From: a virus
Lineage: Duplodnaviria; Caudoviricetes
Strand: one strand, 5' to 3'
Length of the DNA: 25,477 nt
IMG/VR virus record: IMGVR_UViG_3300046805_000080
Location: 1-25,477 of that record
Under the pieces are notes generated by a model that worked only from the letters and a program-made list of their open reading frames with translations, had not been told where the DNA came from and ran no database searches. Made by a program: the position numbers and the translations under genes. Shown piece by piece: positions 16,479-25,477 of this stretch (position 1 is its first letter; every line of letters begins with the position of its first letter).

Positions 16479-17411
16479 TTAGGCTTGTGTCCAACGGACG
16501 ATTTCTTCTCCATAGGCGAATTGTACACCAGCCTTCCAAACGGCTTGCGTTCTAACTTCATCGTTGTCTTTGGAATACCAAATATTAAATTGTTCTTCGT
16601 CAGACAGCAAATCTGTTCCATAAAACAAATTTGTAGTATGTGTTGCAACAATATGTCTTTTGGAAGCAATGTTACCATTTAGACCATTGACTGCAATTAC
16701 TTTCATCGTTGTTCCAGGGAATGTTATTTCGCCATTTGCAAGTGCATTGGGGTCTTGATACCAATTAAAATAATTCTTATCAACTACGGCATTTGTTAGC
16801 GTTCGGAAAGTATCCCAACCACAGAATGCAACCAAGTTATCCTTACCAATAATTGCGGCTGGAACATTTTCGTAAATTGTGTTAAAGATGCCAATAATGT
16901 TACCAGTTGTAATGGTTGATGTATTGGCGGTGTTTGCACTAACAACAGAACCAGTTGCATCAGAAGCAGTTAGCAAACTAATTATACCAGAAAAATATGC
17001 GTTACCAGACCAAATTGCCGTTTCCATTGCTTGGGCAATTTTCTTAACTTTCAATTCAGCAAATTGTTGCTCAAATGGAACGGATTCAGCACCAGCGTTA
17101 CTACCAGCCAACAATTGAGTTTGAATCCAATATTGTTCTAATTCCCTTGGACACAATGTTTCTTGTGTTTTCATTCGTCCAACGGTCAATACCCTATTAT
17201 TTAATGTTGTAGTACCAGATGGACTATAACCACAAGCACCACCACTTGATAATGTTAGGGTTGTGTCCATCAAGTTCAAAGCGGCTGAACTTTTAATACC
17301 AACTTGTGGTGTAAAAAGTTTAGCACTTCGTGCATCAAAGATTGCTTTGGTAATCAGAGGCAATCTGTTTTGTTCGGTGTAAACCGAAAGGTTTCCAAAA
17401 TTGTATGCCAT
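16479..17411 (-). CDS. Major capsid protein
   Basis: 310 aa after scaffold and protease; 'GIKSSAALN', 'ETLCPRELEQYW', 'NLFYGTDLLSD', 'KAGVQFA'. Confidence 0.85.
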   Translation of the reverse strand: MAYNFGNLSVYTEQNRLPLITKAIFDARSAKLFTPQVGIKSSAALNLMDTTLTLSSGGACGYSPSGTTTLNNRVLTVGRMKTQETLCPRELEQYWIQTQLLAGSNAGAESVPFEQQFAELKVKKIAQAMETAIWSGNAYFSGIISLLTASDATGSVVSANTANTSTITTGNIIGIFNTIYENVPAAIIGKDNLVAFCGWDTFRTLTNAVVDKNYFNWYQDPNALANGEITFPGTTMKVIAVNGLNGNIASKRHIVATHTTNLFYGTDLLSDEEQFNIWYSKDNDEVRTQAVWKAGVQFAYGEEIVRWTQA

Positions 17412-17431
17412 TTTGTTTTTTGTTTAAATTG

Positions 17432-18049
17432 TTATTTGTTTTTAAGTTTTTTAAGTGTTTCTGCTACTTGTGAAAAGTTGTGTTCTTGTATTGTCTTTTT
17501 GTTTTCAATAATTGCGTTTGTTGTTATTGTATTTGGCTTTGATGGTTCATTACCAATTGTTTCAACAATATCAACCATTGAATTAATTTGTGTTGCAAAC
17601 AATGACATTTTCTCTTTCATTGTTCCCATTTCGGCATATGCAAGTTTTAATTCTTCCATAATTGCAACCAAATGTTTTTTGACAATTTCTTCAACTACAT
17701 CTGGTGTTAGTTCTGGATAACCACCAGCAATTTCTTCTGTAACATCACTTGCAATCTCTGGTGTAATTTCCATTTGTTCTTCAACAATTGGTTCTTGTGT
17801 TGCAACAATTTCTGAAATTCTGCCATTCAATGTTTTAACAACACCAACACCTTCAATGGTGTGTTCGCCATCTGGTGCTGGTAAAACTTCCGTATCTGTA
17901 ACAACAAATACTTCTGCACCATTGACCAAATCCCCATTAATGCGGATTGTAGTTCCATCTGCTAATTTGTAATCAGCAAATTTTTGTTGTGTTGTGAAAC
18001 TGCGTAATGCTAAACGCATTGCTTCAATTGATTCTTTTAAGTTCATCAT
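17432..18049 (-). CDS. Capsid scaffolding protein
   Basis: Acidic and coiled-coil; 'LADGT', 'PAPDGEH'; between protease and capsid. Confidence 0.75.
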   Translation of the reverse strand: MMNLKESIEAMRLALRSFTTQQKFADYKLADGTTIRINGDLVNGAEVFVVTDTEVLPAPDGEHTIEGVGVVKTLNGRISEIVATQEPIVEEQMEITPEIASDVTEEIAGGYPELTPDVVEEIVKKHLVAIMEELKLAYAEMGTMKEKMSLFATQINSMVDIVETIGNEPSKPNTITTNAIIENKKTIQEHNFSQVAETLKKLKNK

Positions 18050-18645
18050 TTGTTATAATTATTTGTTTTGTTTAAATGTTGCAAAAAATATGTCAAATCT
18101 TCAATTAATGCGTTAAATGACAATTCTAATTCTGTTGTTGTTGGTTTCATCCCAAACAAACCTTCAACTGAAAAACCAGTAAATGCTTTTCTGTTTTCCC
18201 AAACTTGCTCATTTTCAACTTTAAATGAACCAAACCAAGAACCATCCGTAACATCTTCATAGCCAATTGGTGGGTTAATGCCTCTGGATTTGTCAATTAT
18301 GTAAGATTCAAACATAAAAACACCATCCAATTCTGTGTTATGAAAAGCGTTTACATTGTGTTGGTTACCTTGTTTAAAGTATTTCTGGACAATTTTACGA
18401 ATTGTGTCTTTGTCAAACACAACATAATATTGACCATAGGTAGCATCTTCACGATAAATCGGAACATCCGCTAACATTAGAGGTCCAGATAAAACCCTTT
18501 GTTCTGGTGTTTCTTTAAACCTTTGTAACACTTTATTGTCAAAGGCTTGGAATGGCTTTTCAATGGCTGGTAAATCCACCAAACTAACATATTGAACACC
18601 TTCTGTTAGTTCGTCAATTGTCATTTTATAAACTGGGAAATCCAT
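18046..18645 (-). CDS. Prohead protease, XkdF-like putative serine protease
   Basis: 'VSLVDLPAIE', 'GPLMLADVPIYR', 'GSWFGSFKV', 'GFSVEG'. Confidence 0.88.
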   Translation of the reverse strand: MDFPVYKMTIDELTEGVQYVSLVDLPAIEKPFQAFDNKVLQRFKETPEQRVLSGPLMLADVPIYREDATYGQYYVVFDKDTIRKIVQKYFKQGNQHNVNAFHNTELDGVFMFESYIIDKSRGINPPIGYEDVTDGSWFGSFKVENEQVWENRKAFTGFSVEGLFGMKPTTTELELSFNALIEDLTYFLQHLNKTNNYNK

Positions 18646-18660
18646 ATAACATAAATAACA

Positions 18661-20904
18661 TTAATTGCCTAATGTTGCAAATTCTTCTAACCGCCTAATC
18701 CTTTGTCCAGTTGTTGTAACATCACGCTCAACAACATAGGCTCTAATTGGTTGTGTTGTGCTTTGTCCATTTGACATATTAAAATTTGGGTTGTTTGCAT
18801 TTGGGTTTGACAAATTGCCCAATGATGGATTTGGATTTAATGCACCACCACCAAAATTTGGGGATTGCATTCCACCAGTAACACTACCAGTTGAACCAGA
18901 GCCAGACATTGATGCTGATTCAAATTGTGTTTGCTGAATTTTGACAAACCTACCAAGACCAGCAACAATTGCTGAACCAGCCGCAATTGCCGCTCTAATT
19001 GGGGAATCTGGTAACAAATTTAATTGCGACTGATAGGCTTTTTGGGCAGACGCATATGTGCTAATTATTGTTTCTGCCAATGCGAATTTCTTGGATTGCT
19101 CAAAGGCTTTGCGTTGTGCGGCTTCTGATTTACCAGCCGTTGATGTTATAACATCATCTATTGCCCCAAATACAGATGTTGTTGCATCTTGTAATAAATC
19201 AAATGTGTTTTCTTTTGATGTTGCTACTAATTGTTTGGATTTTGTTATCCATTCCCCAATCCAATCCCCAAGTGCGTCTAATGATTTATCAAAATTTTTA
19301 CTATCTTCAATTGCTTGTTTATCGGCATATTCTTTGCGTATTGCGGCTAACCTTTGTTGTAACAATAATTCTAACGCTATTCGTTCATCACTACCAATTT
19401 TAAATTGATTTAACAATTCTTCAAATTGCGTTTCAACATCAATAATGGATTGTTCTAATTCTGTTTTGTTGGCTTTCCTTAATGCAATATTTTGTTGTTT
19501 TAAGAACTCAATATATTTCTCATTTTGTTCTTTGTTATACTTATCCCTTACGGCTTGTTTTTCTTTTTCTTTTAATTCAATTAATTGCTTTTCTTCATCT
19601 GAACCTTTAATGATTTTTAATGCTATTTGTTTGTACCTATCATCAATAGCATTTAATTCTTGTTGTTGTTGTGTTTCGTTTGCATCCCTAATGGTTTGTC
19701 TTGCTTGTTCAATAAATTCCCTAACATCTTCTAAATTCTTTTTTGCCGAATCTGTTGTTGTTTTACCAGCATTTTTTATTGCTTGATTAATTCCTAATTG
19801 TCCTTCTTGTGTTAAGATGGTAATGCTTTGTTTTAATTGAATTGTTTCTGTTGTTAGTTTGTCAATTATGGCTTGTGTTTCGGCAAAGTTTTTTTCTTCT
19901 CCACTTAAATCTTGCACCATTCTGGCAAATGGATTAACATTAAATCCACCACCACCAGTTAAATTACCACCAATGCCAGTTGTTTTATTTTCGTTATTCC
20001 ATTGTTGTGCTTTTTTTCTGTATTCATTGTTTTGGTCAATTACTTCTTTTTGCTTTGCTTGTAATTTATTTAACCTATCAATTTCAGATTGATTTGCATT
20101 TATGATTTGTTGGGATTCTATGTTACGCAATCTAATCCGTTCAGCAATTGTTTTAGCAATTACCAATTCGGATGCGTTTCTAATTTTTAAATTATTAACA
20201 ATAATTGTTGTTTCATTGTCAAATTCTTTTATTCTGTTTTCAGAATTACTTTTTACGCTTTCATAATTCAATTTGGCTTTTTCTGCATCTTTTGTTGCTT
20301 TGGTTGTTTTCGCCATCCCTTCGGCAAGGTATGCTAACGCAACAACAACCGCACCAATACCAGTTGTGGCTAATGCAATTTTAAATGCTCGTAATGATAT
20401 TGTAGCCGTTGTTGTGGTAACACCAAACACTCGCATAGCATTGTTATACAACCCAAGTGCTATTGCATTTGCTCTAATCATTATTTGGCTTTCGGCTTGT
20501 AACAAATTTGTTATTTCCGTAACACCATTTAACAATGCCATTGCACCTTGAACTTGCACCAAGGTCTTTTGCAATTCTTCATTTTCTTCCCCAAACAATG
20601 CCGTAGCACCTTGGGCAATAGCAAATCCAGCCGCTATGCCTCTAACCGCTTCGCTAAAAACTTCAATTTGTTTTGTATCACTCCCAACATTTTTTATTGT
20701 TTGGCTAACATCAGCCATTGTATCATTTAGGTTTCCAGCCTCTTGTGATAATGCCCTAAATTGTTCTGTGTTCGCTTTTCCAGCCAAAGCAAGTGCAGTC
20801 ATTTCTTGCTTTAATTCTTTCAGCCTTGCTTTTGCCGACTGAATAGCATTATTGCTTTTATCTTCTGCACCAAATTCTGCTATTACTTCATTTTTTTTAG
20901 CCAT
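18661..20904 (-). CDS. Tail tape measure protein
   Basis: Start MAKKNEV at 20904; long helical Ala/Gln/Lys-rich protein; 'ALATTGIGAVVVAL'; C-terminal 'PIRAYVVERDVT'. Confidence 0.85.
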   Translation of the reverse strand: MAKKNEVIAEFGAEDKSNNAIQSAKARLKELKQEMTALALAGKANTEQFRALSQEAGNLNDTMADVSQTIKNVGSDTKQIEVFSEAVRGIAAGFAIAQGATALFGEENEELQKTLVQVQGAMALLNGVTEITNLLQAESQIMIRANAIALGLYNNAMRVFGVTTTTATISLRAFKIALATTGIGAVVVALAYLAEGMAKTTKATKDAEKAKLNYESVKSNSENRIKEFDNETTIIVNNLKIRNASELVIAKTIAERIRLRNIESQQIINANQSEIDRLNKLQAKQKEVIDQNNEYRKKAQQWNNENKTTGIGGNLTGGGGFNVNPFARMVQDLSGEEKNFAETQAIIDKLTTETIQLKQSITILTQEGQLGINQAIKNAGKTTTDSAKKNLEDVREFIEQARQTIRDANETQQQQELNAIDDRYKQIALKIIKGSDEEKQLIELKEKEKQAVRDKYNKEQNEKYIEFLKQQNIALRKANKTELEQSIIDVETQFEELLNQFKIGSDERIALELLLQQRLAAIRKEYADKQAIEDSKNFDKSLDALGDWIGEWITKSKQLVATSKENTFDLLQDATTSVFGAIDDVITSTAGKSEAAQRKAFEQSKKFALAETIISTYASAQKAYQSQLNLLPDSPIRAAIAAGSAIVAGLGRFVKIQQTQFESASMSGSGSTGSVTGGMQSPNFGGGALNPNPSLGNLSNPNANNPNFNMSNGQSTTQPIRAYVVERDVTTTGQRIRRLEEFATLGN

Positions 20905-20947
20905 TGTTATTGATGTTTGTGTAATGTTATTGTTTGTGTATTTCGTG

Positions 20948-23839
20948 TTAAGTTGGACCAATGCCCATTGCAACAAATGAAAAACTATAAACTTTTGTGT
21001 TTTGTGGATTGTTAGCAGAATATTGATGTGTTACATCCAACCTCCAATAACTACCTTCATCTGTTATTGCCGTAACAAGATATAAAGCCTTTTGGCTTGG
21101 GTCTTGCACACCAGTTACTTGCAAATAAACATATACTGGAAAATTAACAAATGTTTCCATTATTTGGAAATATGTGGTAAAATCAGATTGTGTTGCAAAT
21201 TCTTTTTCATCTATGTAAATTATTGTTATAGAATCAAAATTATCGTTATCACTTGTCCATTCTGTTGTTCCAGCACTTGGTGTGGAATTATTATCGTTAA
21301 ATTTCCAGCGTCCACTTATTGCACCATCAACACCATCCGCTCCATTTGTTCCGTTTGTTCCGTTTGTTCCGTTTGCACCTTTATCGGCTACCAATGTCCA
21401 ATAATCTGGTGCAGTTACGGCTGGTGTTATTCCAGTAACAAAATCTTTTGCTATCCAAGATGCACCATTGTATTGAACAATTTCTGTTGGTGCATACAAT
21501 GTTGAAGAAACATATGTGCCTTCCCAAGTTGCACCAACCAAACCTTGTGTTATGGGTATTACTTTGCCTCCTAATACTGGATTATATTCTTTTACGGCAT
21601 TTGCTGATTCTGATGTTTTTATTGCTGGTGGGTCATTTGTTACTGGTATCAAAGATGTAGGAACAAAATTTGGCAAATCCAATACTCTACGCAATGTTAC
21701 TTTGGCTAACATTTGTTTACCCAAAATATAATCTTCAATGCTAATTAATCTAAACAATATGTTTTTGTAGAATATTAATTTGTTAAAATTCAAATTGTTT
21801 ATATCCCTTGGTGTTAGCAAAGCATATGCCGTTAATGTCATTGCATCAACGGACATAATTTCCTCAATGTACTTTTTCCAATAAGCGTTGTACAAATTGT
21901 TATTAGTGTACAATATGTTTCCGCTAACATTTGGTGCATTATAAAATATGCGTTTGGGCATACCAAATGCTAAATCTATTGTTGGGTTATTTGGGTTGTT
22001 TATATGGGATATAAACGGCAAATATTCCAATGAAACATCTGTTGGATTATACAAATATTCAAATTGATATGCCGATAAGAAATTGTATTGGGCAATTCGG
22101 TATCCACATTCCAATGGTCTTATGTTAGCAGAAACGGCTGACCCATCATAATCCCAAGTTCTACCAATTGGCAATGCACCTTGAAATGTTGCTGGAATTA
22201 TTGTAGCACATTTAAGTTCTGTTATACGGCTTCCTTTTCCGTAATAATTCTGCAAATCTGCATCTATGCCACCATAACCACTTTCGTCTGTTGGGTACAA
22301 TTGCTTATATGATTTGTGCAAATAATCATTTGTTTGCCTATATTTAAATATAACATTTTTAATGTTATTAGACATTCCATTTGTTATGGTTTGGTCTGCA
22401 CCTTCATCTATTTTTTCTGTCCAATCCAATGCGTTGTTGCCAACATCATAAAAATCTTTCCAAGGTTCAATGTATAATTTTTTGCTATTTTGTCTATCTT
22501 GCGTTATGTACAAGTTAAACATCTTTTGCAAATCTTGAATTAAATCAACTTGTGTTACATCTTTTGGAACTACTTTTTTGAAATCGTATTGGTCAAAAAC
22601 TTCAACACCTTTTATGACCAATGCCGTCTTTGGCGCACCACTAATAATTCTTCCATCAAGACCTACAATTGCAGTTAAGTTTTGTGTTGGTTGGAATCCA
22701 ACAACAAACTCATAAGATGTGTTAGGCTCTAATGTTATGTTAGACCAATTGACATAAAACGCAGAATCTCCTTGTTGTGATGTTTGCGTTCTTGAATACA
22801 ATGTATTTGGTACAACTGGATTGCTTTGTGTTGAACCAATTACTTTTTGTATTGCAATGTATAAATTAATTGTGGTTGTGTTTAATGTAAACAATGGTGT
22901 TATACTGGCATTAAAATCCCAAACACTATTTACACCATTGTTAGGAGTTGTAAAAACATTTGTTGTTGCATCCCAATAACCAGAATTATCATAAAAAATT
23001 CCACTATTGTCTAAATTAAATGGAATGCGTTTCTTTTGATTTATTGTTCCAGTAACACACGCTTGGCTTGTATAATTTGGAAATGAAATACTACCAGTTG
23101 CGGCTATGTACGAATTAAATCCAGATGTTGGTGTTCCAGCCTTATCCAAAGAATACGGCACAACCAATGACCTAAATAAATAGGAATTAAAAAATGTAGA
23201 TTCATATGTGTAACCGCTTTCTTTAAATATTAAATCAATCAAATGTTTTACATATACTGATGGTGTGAATTTATACCAAGGTATTCTTGGTGTAATGTTT
23301 TGTTGTAACACATCATTAGCACCATAATTGTCTACTAAACCATAAACAAATCCGCTTAAATATCCATTAACCCAACTATTTTCTACAATGCCACTTGTTG
23401 GTGCGTGAGCCATTGCAGTTAATCCAGACAAATCGGATAACAATTTATTGTTTATTGTTTGGTAAAAATCTATTTCTTCGGAAAAGATTGAGCATTCATA
23501 AGTAACATTATTATTGGTTTTTGATACCGATAACAATTGTAATACACCTTGAAATATTTCTAATCCATCTTGAACAACAATACACCTAATTTTTTTGTTA
23601 GGTGTAAAACCACCAGCAAAAGATTGAATGTTATAAGCGAATTTAAACGCTTTGGCATTTTCTGATGTGTTGGGAATTGTTATTGTTTTACTAAACGATG
23701 CTTTGCGTTTTGTTATATCTTCTAAATCATCAATAGCATATGTTACGGCAATATCTAATTCACTATTTAAATCCAATAAGTATTGTACTTCTTGGTTGGA
23801 ATCATTTAATGGGAATATTTTTATACGAATGTTGCTCAT
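20948..23839 (-). CDS. Large tail/baseplate hub protein with C-terminal receptor-binding-like region
   Basis: 'KASFSKTITIPNT..N', 'DLQKMFNLY', 'DWTEKID', 'LYNAYWKKYI'; C-terminal aromatic CBM-like motif and G-X-X repeats. Confidence 0.8.
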   Translation of the reverse strand: MSNIRIKIFPLNDSNQEVQYLLDLNSELDIAVTYAIDDLEDITKRKASFSKTITIPNTSENAKAFKFAYNIQSFAGGFTPNKKIRCIVVQDGLEIFQGVLQLLSVSKTNNNVTYECSIFSEEIDFYQTINNKLLSDLSGLTAMAHAPTSGIVENSWVNGYLSGFVYGLVDNYGANDVLQQNITPRIPWYKFTPSVYVKHLIDLIFKESGYTYESTFFNSYLFRSLVVPYSLDKAGTPTSGFNSYIAATGSISFPNYTSQACVTGTINQKKRIPFNLDNSGIFYDNSGYWDATTNVFTTPNNGVNSVWDFNASITPLFTLNTTTINLYIAIQKVIGSTQSNPVVPNTLYSRTQTSQQGDSAFYVNWSNITLEPNTSYEFVVGFQPTQNLTAIVGLDGRIISGAPKTALVIKGVEVFDQYDFKKVVPKDVTQVDLIQDLQKMFNLYITQDRQNSKKLYIEPWKDFYDVGNNALDWTEKIDEGADQTITNGMSNNIKNVIFKYRQTNDYLHKSYKQLYPTDESGYGGIDADLQNYYGKGSRITELKCATIIPATFQGALPIGRTWDYDGSAVSANIRPLECGYRIAQYNFLSAYQFEYLYNPTDVSLEYLPFISHINNPNNPTIDLAFGMPKRIFYNAPNVSGNILYTNNNLYNAYWKKYIEEIMSVDAMTLTAYALLTPRDINNLNFNKLIFYKNILFRLISIEDYILGKQMLAKVTLRRVLDLPNFVPTSLIPVTNDPPAIKTSESANAVKEYNPVLGGKVIPITQGLVGATWEGTYVSSTLYAPTEIVQYNGASWIAKDFVTGITPAVTAPDYWTLVADKGANGTNGTNGTNGADGVDGAISGRWKFNDNNSTPSAGTTEWTSDNDNFDSITIIYIDEKEFATQSDFTTYFQIMETFVNFPVYVYLQVTGVQDPSQKALYLVTAITDEGSYWRLDVTHQYSANNPQNTKVYSFSFVAMGIGPT
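21332..21379 (-). repeat. 9-bp repeat encoding collagen-like GANGTNGTNGTNGADG
   Basis: Plus strand ccatttgtt/ccgtttgtt/ccgtttgtt/ccgtttgca. Confidence 0.8.
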
Positions 23840-25143
23840 AATATGTTATTAATATAACTTTCATCCACTTGAATGTTCAATGATTTTTGTTTGTCATTTG
23901 CCCTTTTTACTATGTTATAACTTGATGTGGCAATAACACATTCTACTAATGTTGTTGAGCCAGTTATTTGTGATAAATCCAAAAAACAAATTGGGGAATA
24001 TAACATTTCTTGCAACCAATCATATTCTGATTCTGTTAGGATATGTGAATTTAAATTCCAACTTGGTTTTTGATTTCCAGAATAAACTTGCGTTGCCGTT
24101 GTTTCATAGACTCTTGTAGTACTTCCACCGCCAGATTGAAGAACAAATGAAAGCATATTTCTTAAAAATGTGTTTCTATTTATCTCTAATGTTTTTCGGT
24201 TTTTGTAGGCAAAATAAAACGATTCAATAACACCAAATTTATTAACAAACCATAACCCTATTTTCTTGTATGGTGTACATTGTTTCATAACATACCTTAC
24301 GGCTATTGTTGGCGAACTTGATGCAGTAACAAATTGTATTGTATAACTTCCATTTTCATAATCTGGAAACAAAACACTACCAGCAGAACCATCTGAACAT
24401 TGACCAGATGTTAATGCTTTAATATTCATTGGACCAGATGCAAATCTTTTAATAACTGCGGTATTTGTAGTCCCACCAGCCGTAACATTAAATCCTCGTA
24501 ACAATGTATTTTGTGCATTAAAATATTCTACCCTTGCTGATGTTATAACATTGCCACTTGTTATGTTTTGTCCCATAAACAACCAATCATATGTGTCTGA
24601 ATAAACATATTTTGTTAGCCAACTGACCAATGGCAAATATGATGTTAGCGTTGCACCACTACCAGTCGGATATCTTGTGGTCATTAAATCTGGTGTGTTG
24701 TTTATAAAATCCAATTGAGGCAATCCATTATAAACTGCGTATTTATCGGATTGTGTTACCAAACCAGTTGTAACAACAGATGGTGGATTTGTTGTGTTGT
24801 CAATATATTGTTCACCAAGAATAACACTATATTTAGATGTCAAACCATTTGGTGTTGCAAGATTGAGAAATCCAGCCGTTGTTATAGGCAATTTTGCTGG
24901 AACAATCAATGTCCTAACAATACTTGAAACATCAAAATATCCAATGCCACTTGGAACTGCTACATTTGCAATTACATCTTTATCTGCTTTTAATCGTGTT
25001 ACAACATTATTGCTTGAATCCCTAACATCACAAATAAAACGAAATTGGTTTGCAGTTGCGGCTATTGAACTACTAACAATATATCTTTCTGGATTGTAAC
25101 ATTGTGTTACATCATTTGGGGAATTTAATACCGATATTGCCAT
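23836..25143 (-). CDS. Tail structural protein (distal tail-like)
   Basis: 435 aa, S/T-rich; 'FVNKFGVIESFYF', 'WLQEMLYSP'; stop overlaps the next tail gene. Confidence 0.75.
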   Translation of the reverse strand: MAISVLNSPNDVTQCYNPERYIVSSSIAATANQFRFICDVRDSSNNVVTRLKADKDVIANVAVPSGIGYFDVSSIVRTLIVPAKLPITTAGFLNLATPNGLTSKYSVILGEQYIDNTTNPPSVVTTGLVTQSDKYAVYNGLPQLDFINNTPDLMTTRYPTGSGATLTSYLPLVSWLTKYVYSDTYDWLFMGQNITSGNVITSARVEYFNAQNTLLRGFNVTAGGTTNTAVIKRFASGPMNIKALTSGQCSDGSAGSVLFPDYENGSYTIQFVTASSSPTIAVRYVMKQCTPYKKIGLWFVNKFGVIESFYFAYKNRKTLEINRNTFLRNMLSFVLQSGGGSTTRVYETTATQVYSGNQKPSWNLNSHILTESEYDWLQEMLYSPICFLDLSQITGSTTLVECVIATSSYNIVKRANDKQKSLNIQVDESYINNIL

Positions 25144-25144
25144 T

Positions 25145-25477
25145 TTAATTTATTTTTATTGTTACTCGTTTTTGAAATCTTTCCATCATTATTTGTTCAA
25201 ATTCTTCTATGAATTGTGGTGTCAATGTGTTATTAACAAAATGCGTTCCCCTAATACCATTTGCTTGGATGCTTCTGCTCAATGCGTATGCGGCTCGTTT
25301 TGTTTGCTTTGTTATATCTCGCTTTGTTACTTTCAATTCCCTACCGCTTTTGTTTTTTCTTGGTGTAACATCAATTTGCAATGGTTTTGCTTTGATGTAT
25401 TGTAACATTGCTTTTAATGGTGGTGGCTTGTCCTTGAATTGATATGGGGAATTTTCAGCACCACTTTTAACACTATC
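25145..25477 (-). CDS. Neck/tail morphogenesis protein (HK97 gp10-like), 5'-truncated
   Basis: Basic; 'KPPL' and 'AYALSRSIQANGIRGTHF'; frame appears open to the window edge. Confidence 0.55.
   Translation of the reverse strand, partial: DSVKSGAENSPYQFKDKPPPLKAMLQYIKAKPLQIDVTPRKNKSGRELKVTKRDITKQTKRAAYALSRSIQANGIRGTHFVNNTLTPQFIEEFEQIMMERFQKRVTIKIN

Noticed and set aside
20948-21400. Diversity-generating retroelement target in the tail protein C-terminus
   Set aside because: No reverse transcriptase and no second template-repeat copy visible in the window
10438-25442. Many plus-strand ORFs antisense to structural genes (for example 12798-13295, 17304-17720, 19058-19408)
   Set aside because: Shadow ORFs fully overlapping well-supported minus-strand genes, with no recognisable motifs
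1-25477. Stop-codon reassignment (alternative genetic code)
   Set aside because: The standard code gives intact full-length genes with dense packing; TAG is rare but no gene is broken by it

Overview
A 25.5-kb, AT-rich (roughly 30% GC by eye) segment of a tailed dsDNA phage (Caudoviricetes, probably siphovirus-like). The host is probably Bacteroidota, judging from A-rich Shine-Dalgarno-less start regions and TAnnTTTG promoter motifs. Left end (minus strand): DnaA C-terminal-domain protein, sigma-factor-like protein and a small CxxC membrane protein. 1083-1885 is a non-coding hub with a probable origin (11-bp phased repeats, AT-rich tract, DnaA-box inverted repeat) and a ~370-nt highly structured putative ncRNA. 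Plus strand 1886-10365: small early genes separated by repeated intergenic modules, then Sak/Rad52-like annealase, HTH, nuclease+SSB, replication initiator, DnaB, VRR-NUC and amidase endolysin. Minus strand 10362-25477: virion module in transcription order neck/tail proteins, tape measure, XkdF-like protease, scaffold, major capsid, tail tube, glycosyltransferase, an extended portal, adaptor, tail terminator and holin-like genes. No terminase, integrase, tRNA or CRISPR array was seen. The best candidate for a new system is the structured RNA next to the origin, whose 3' hairpin shares a TGTTACGGCA motif with two duplicated downstream terminators. All functional calls come from motif recognition by eye, not database searches.
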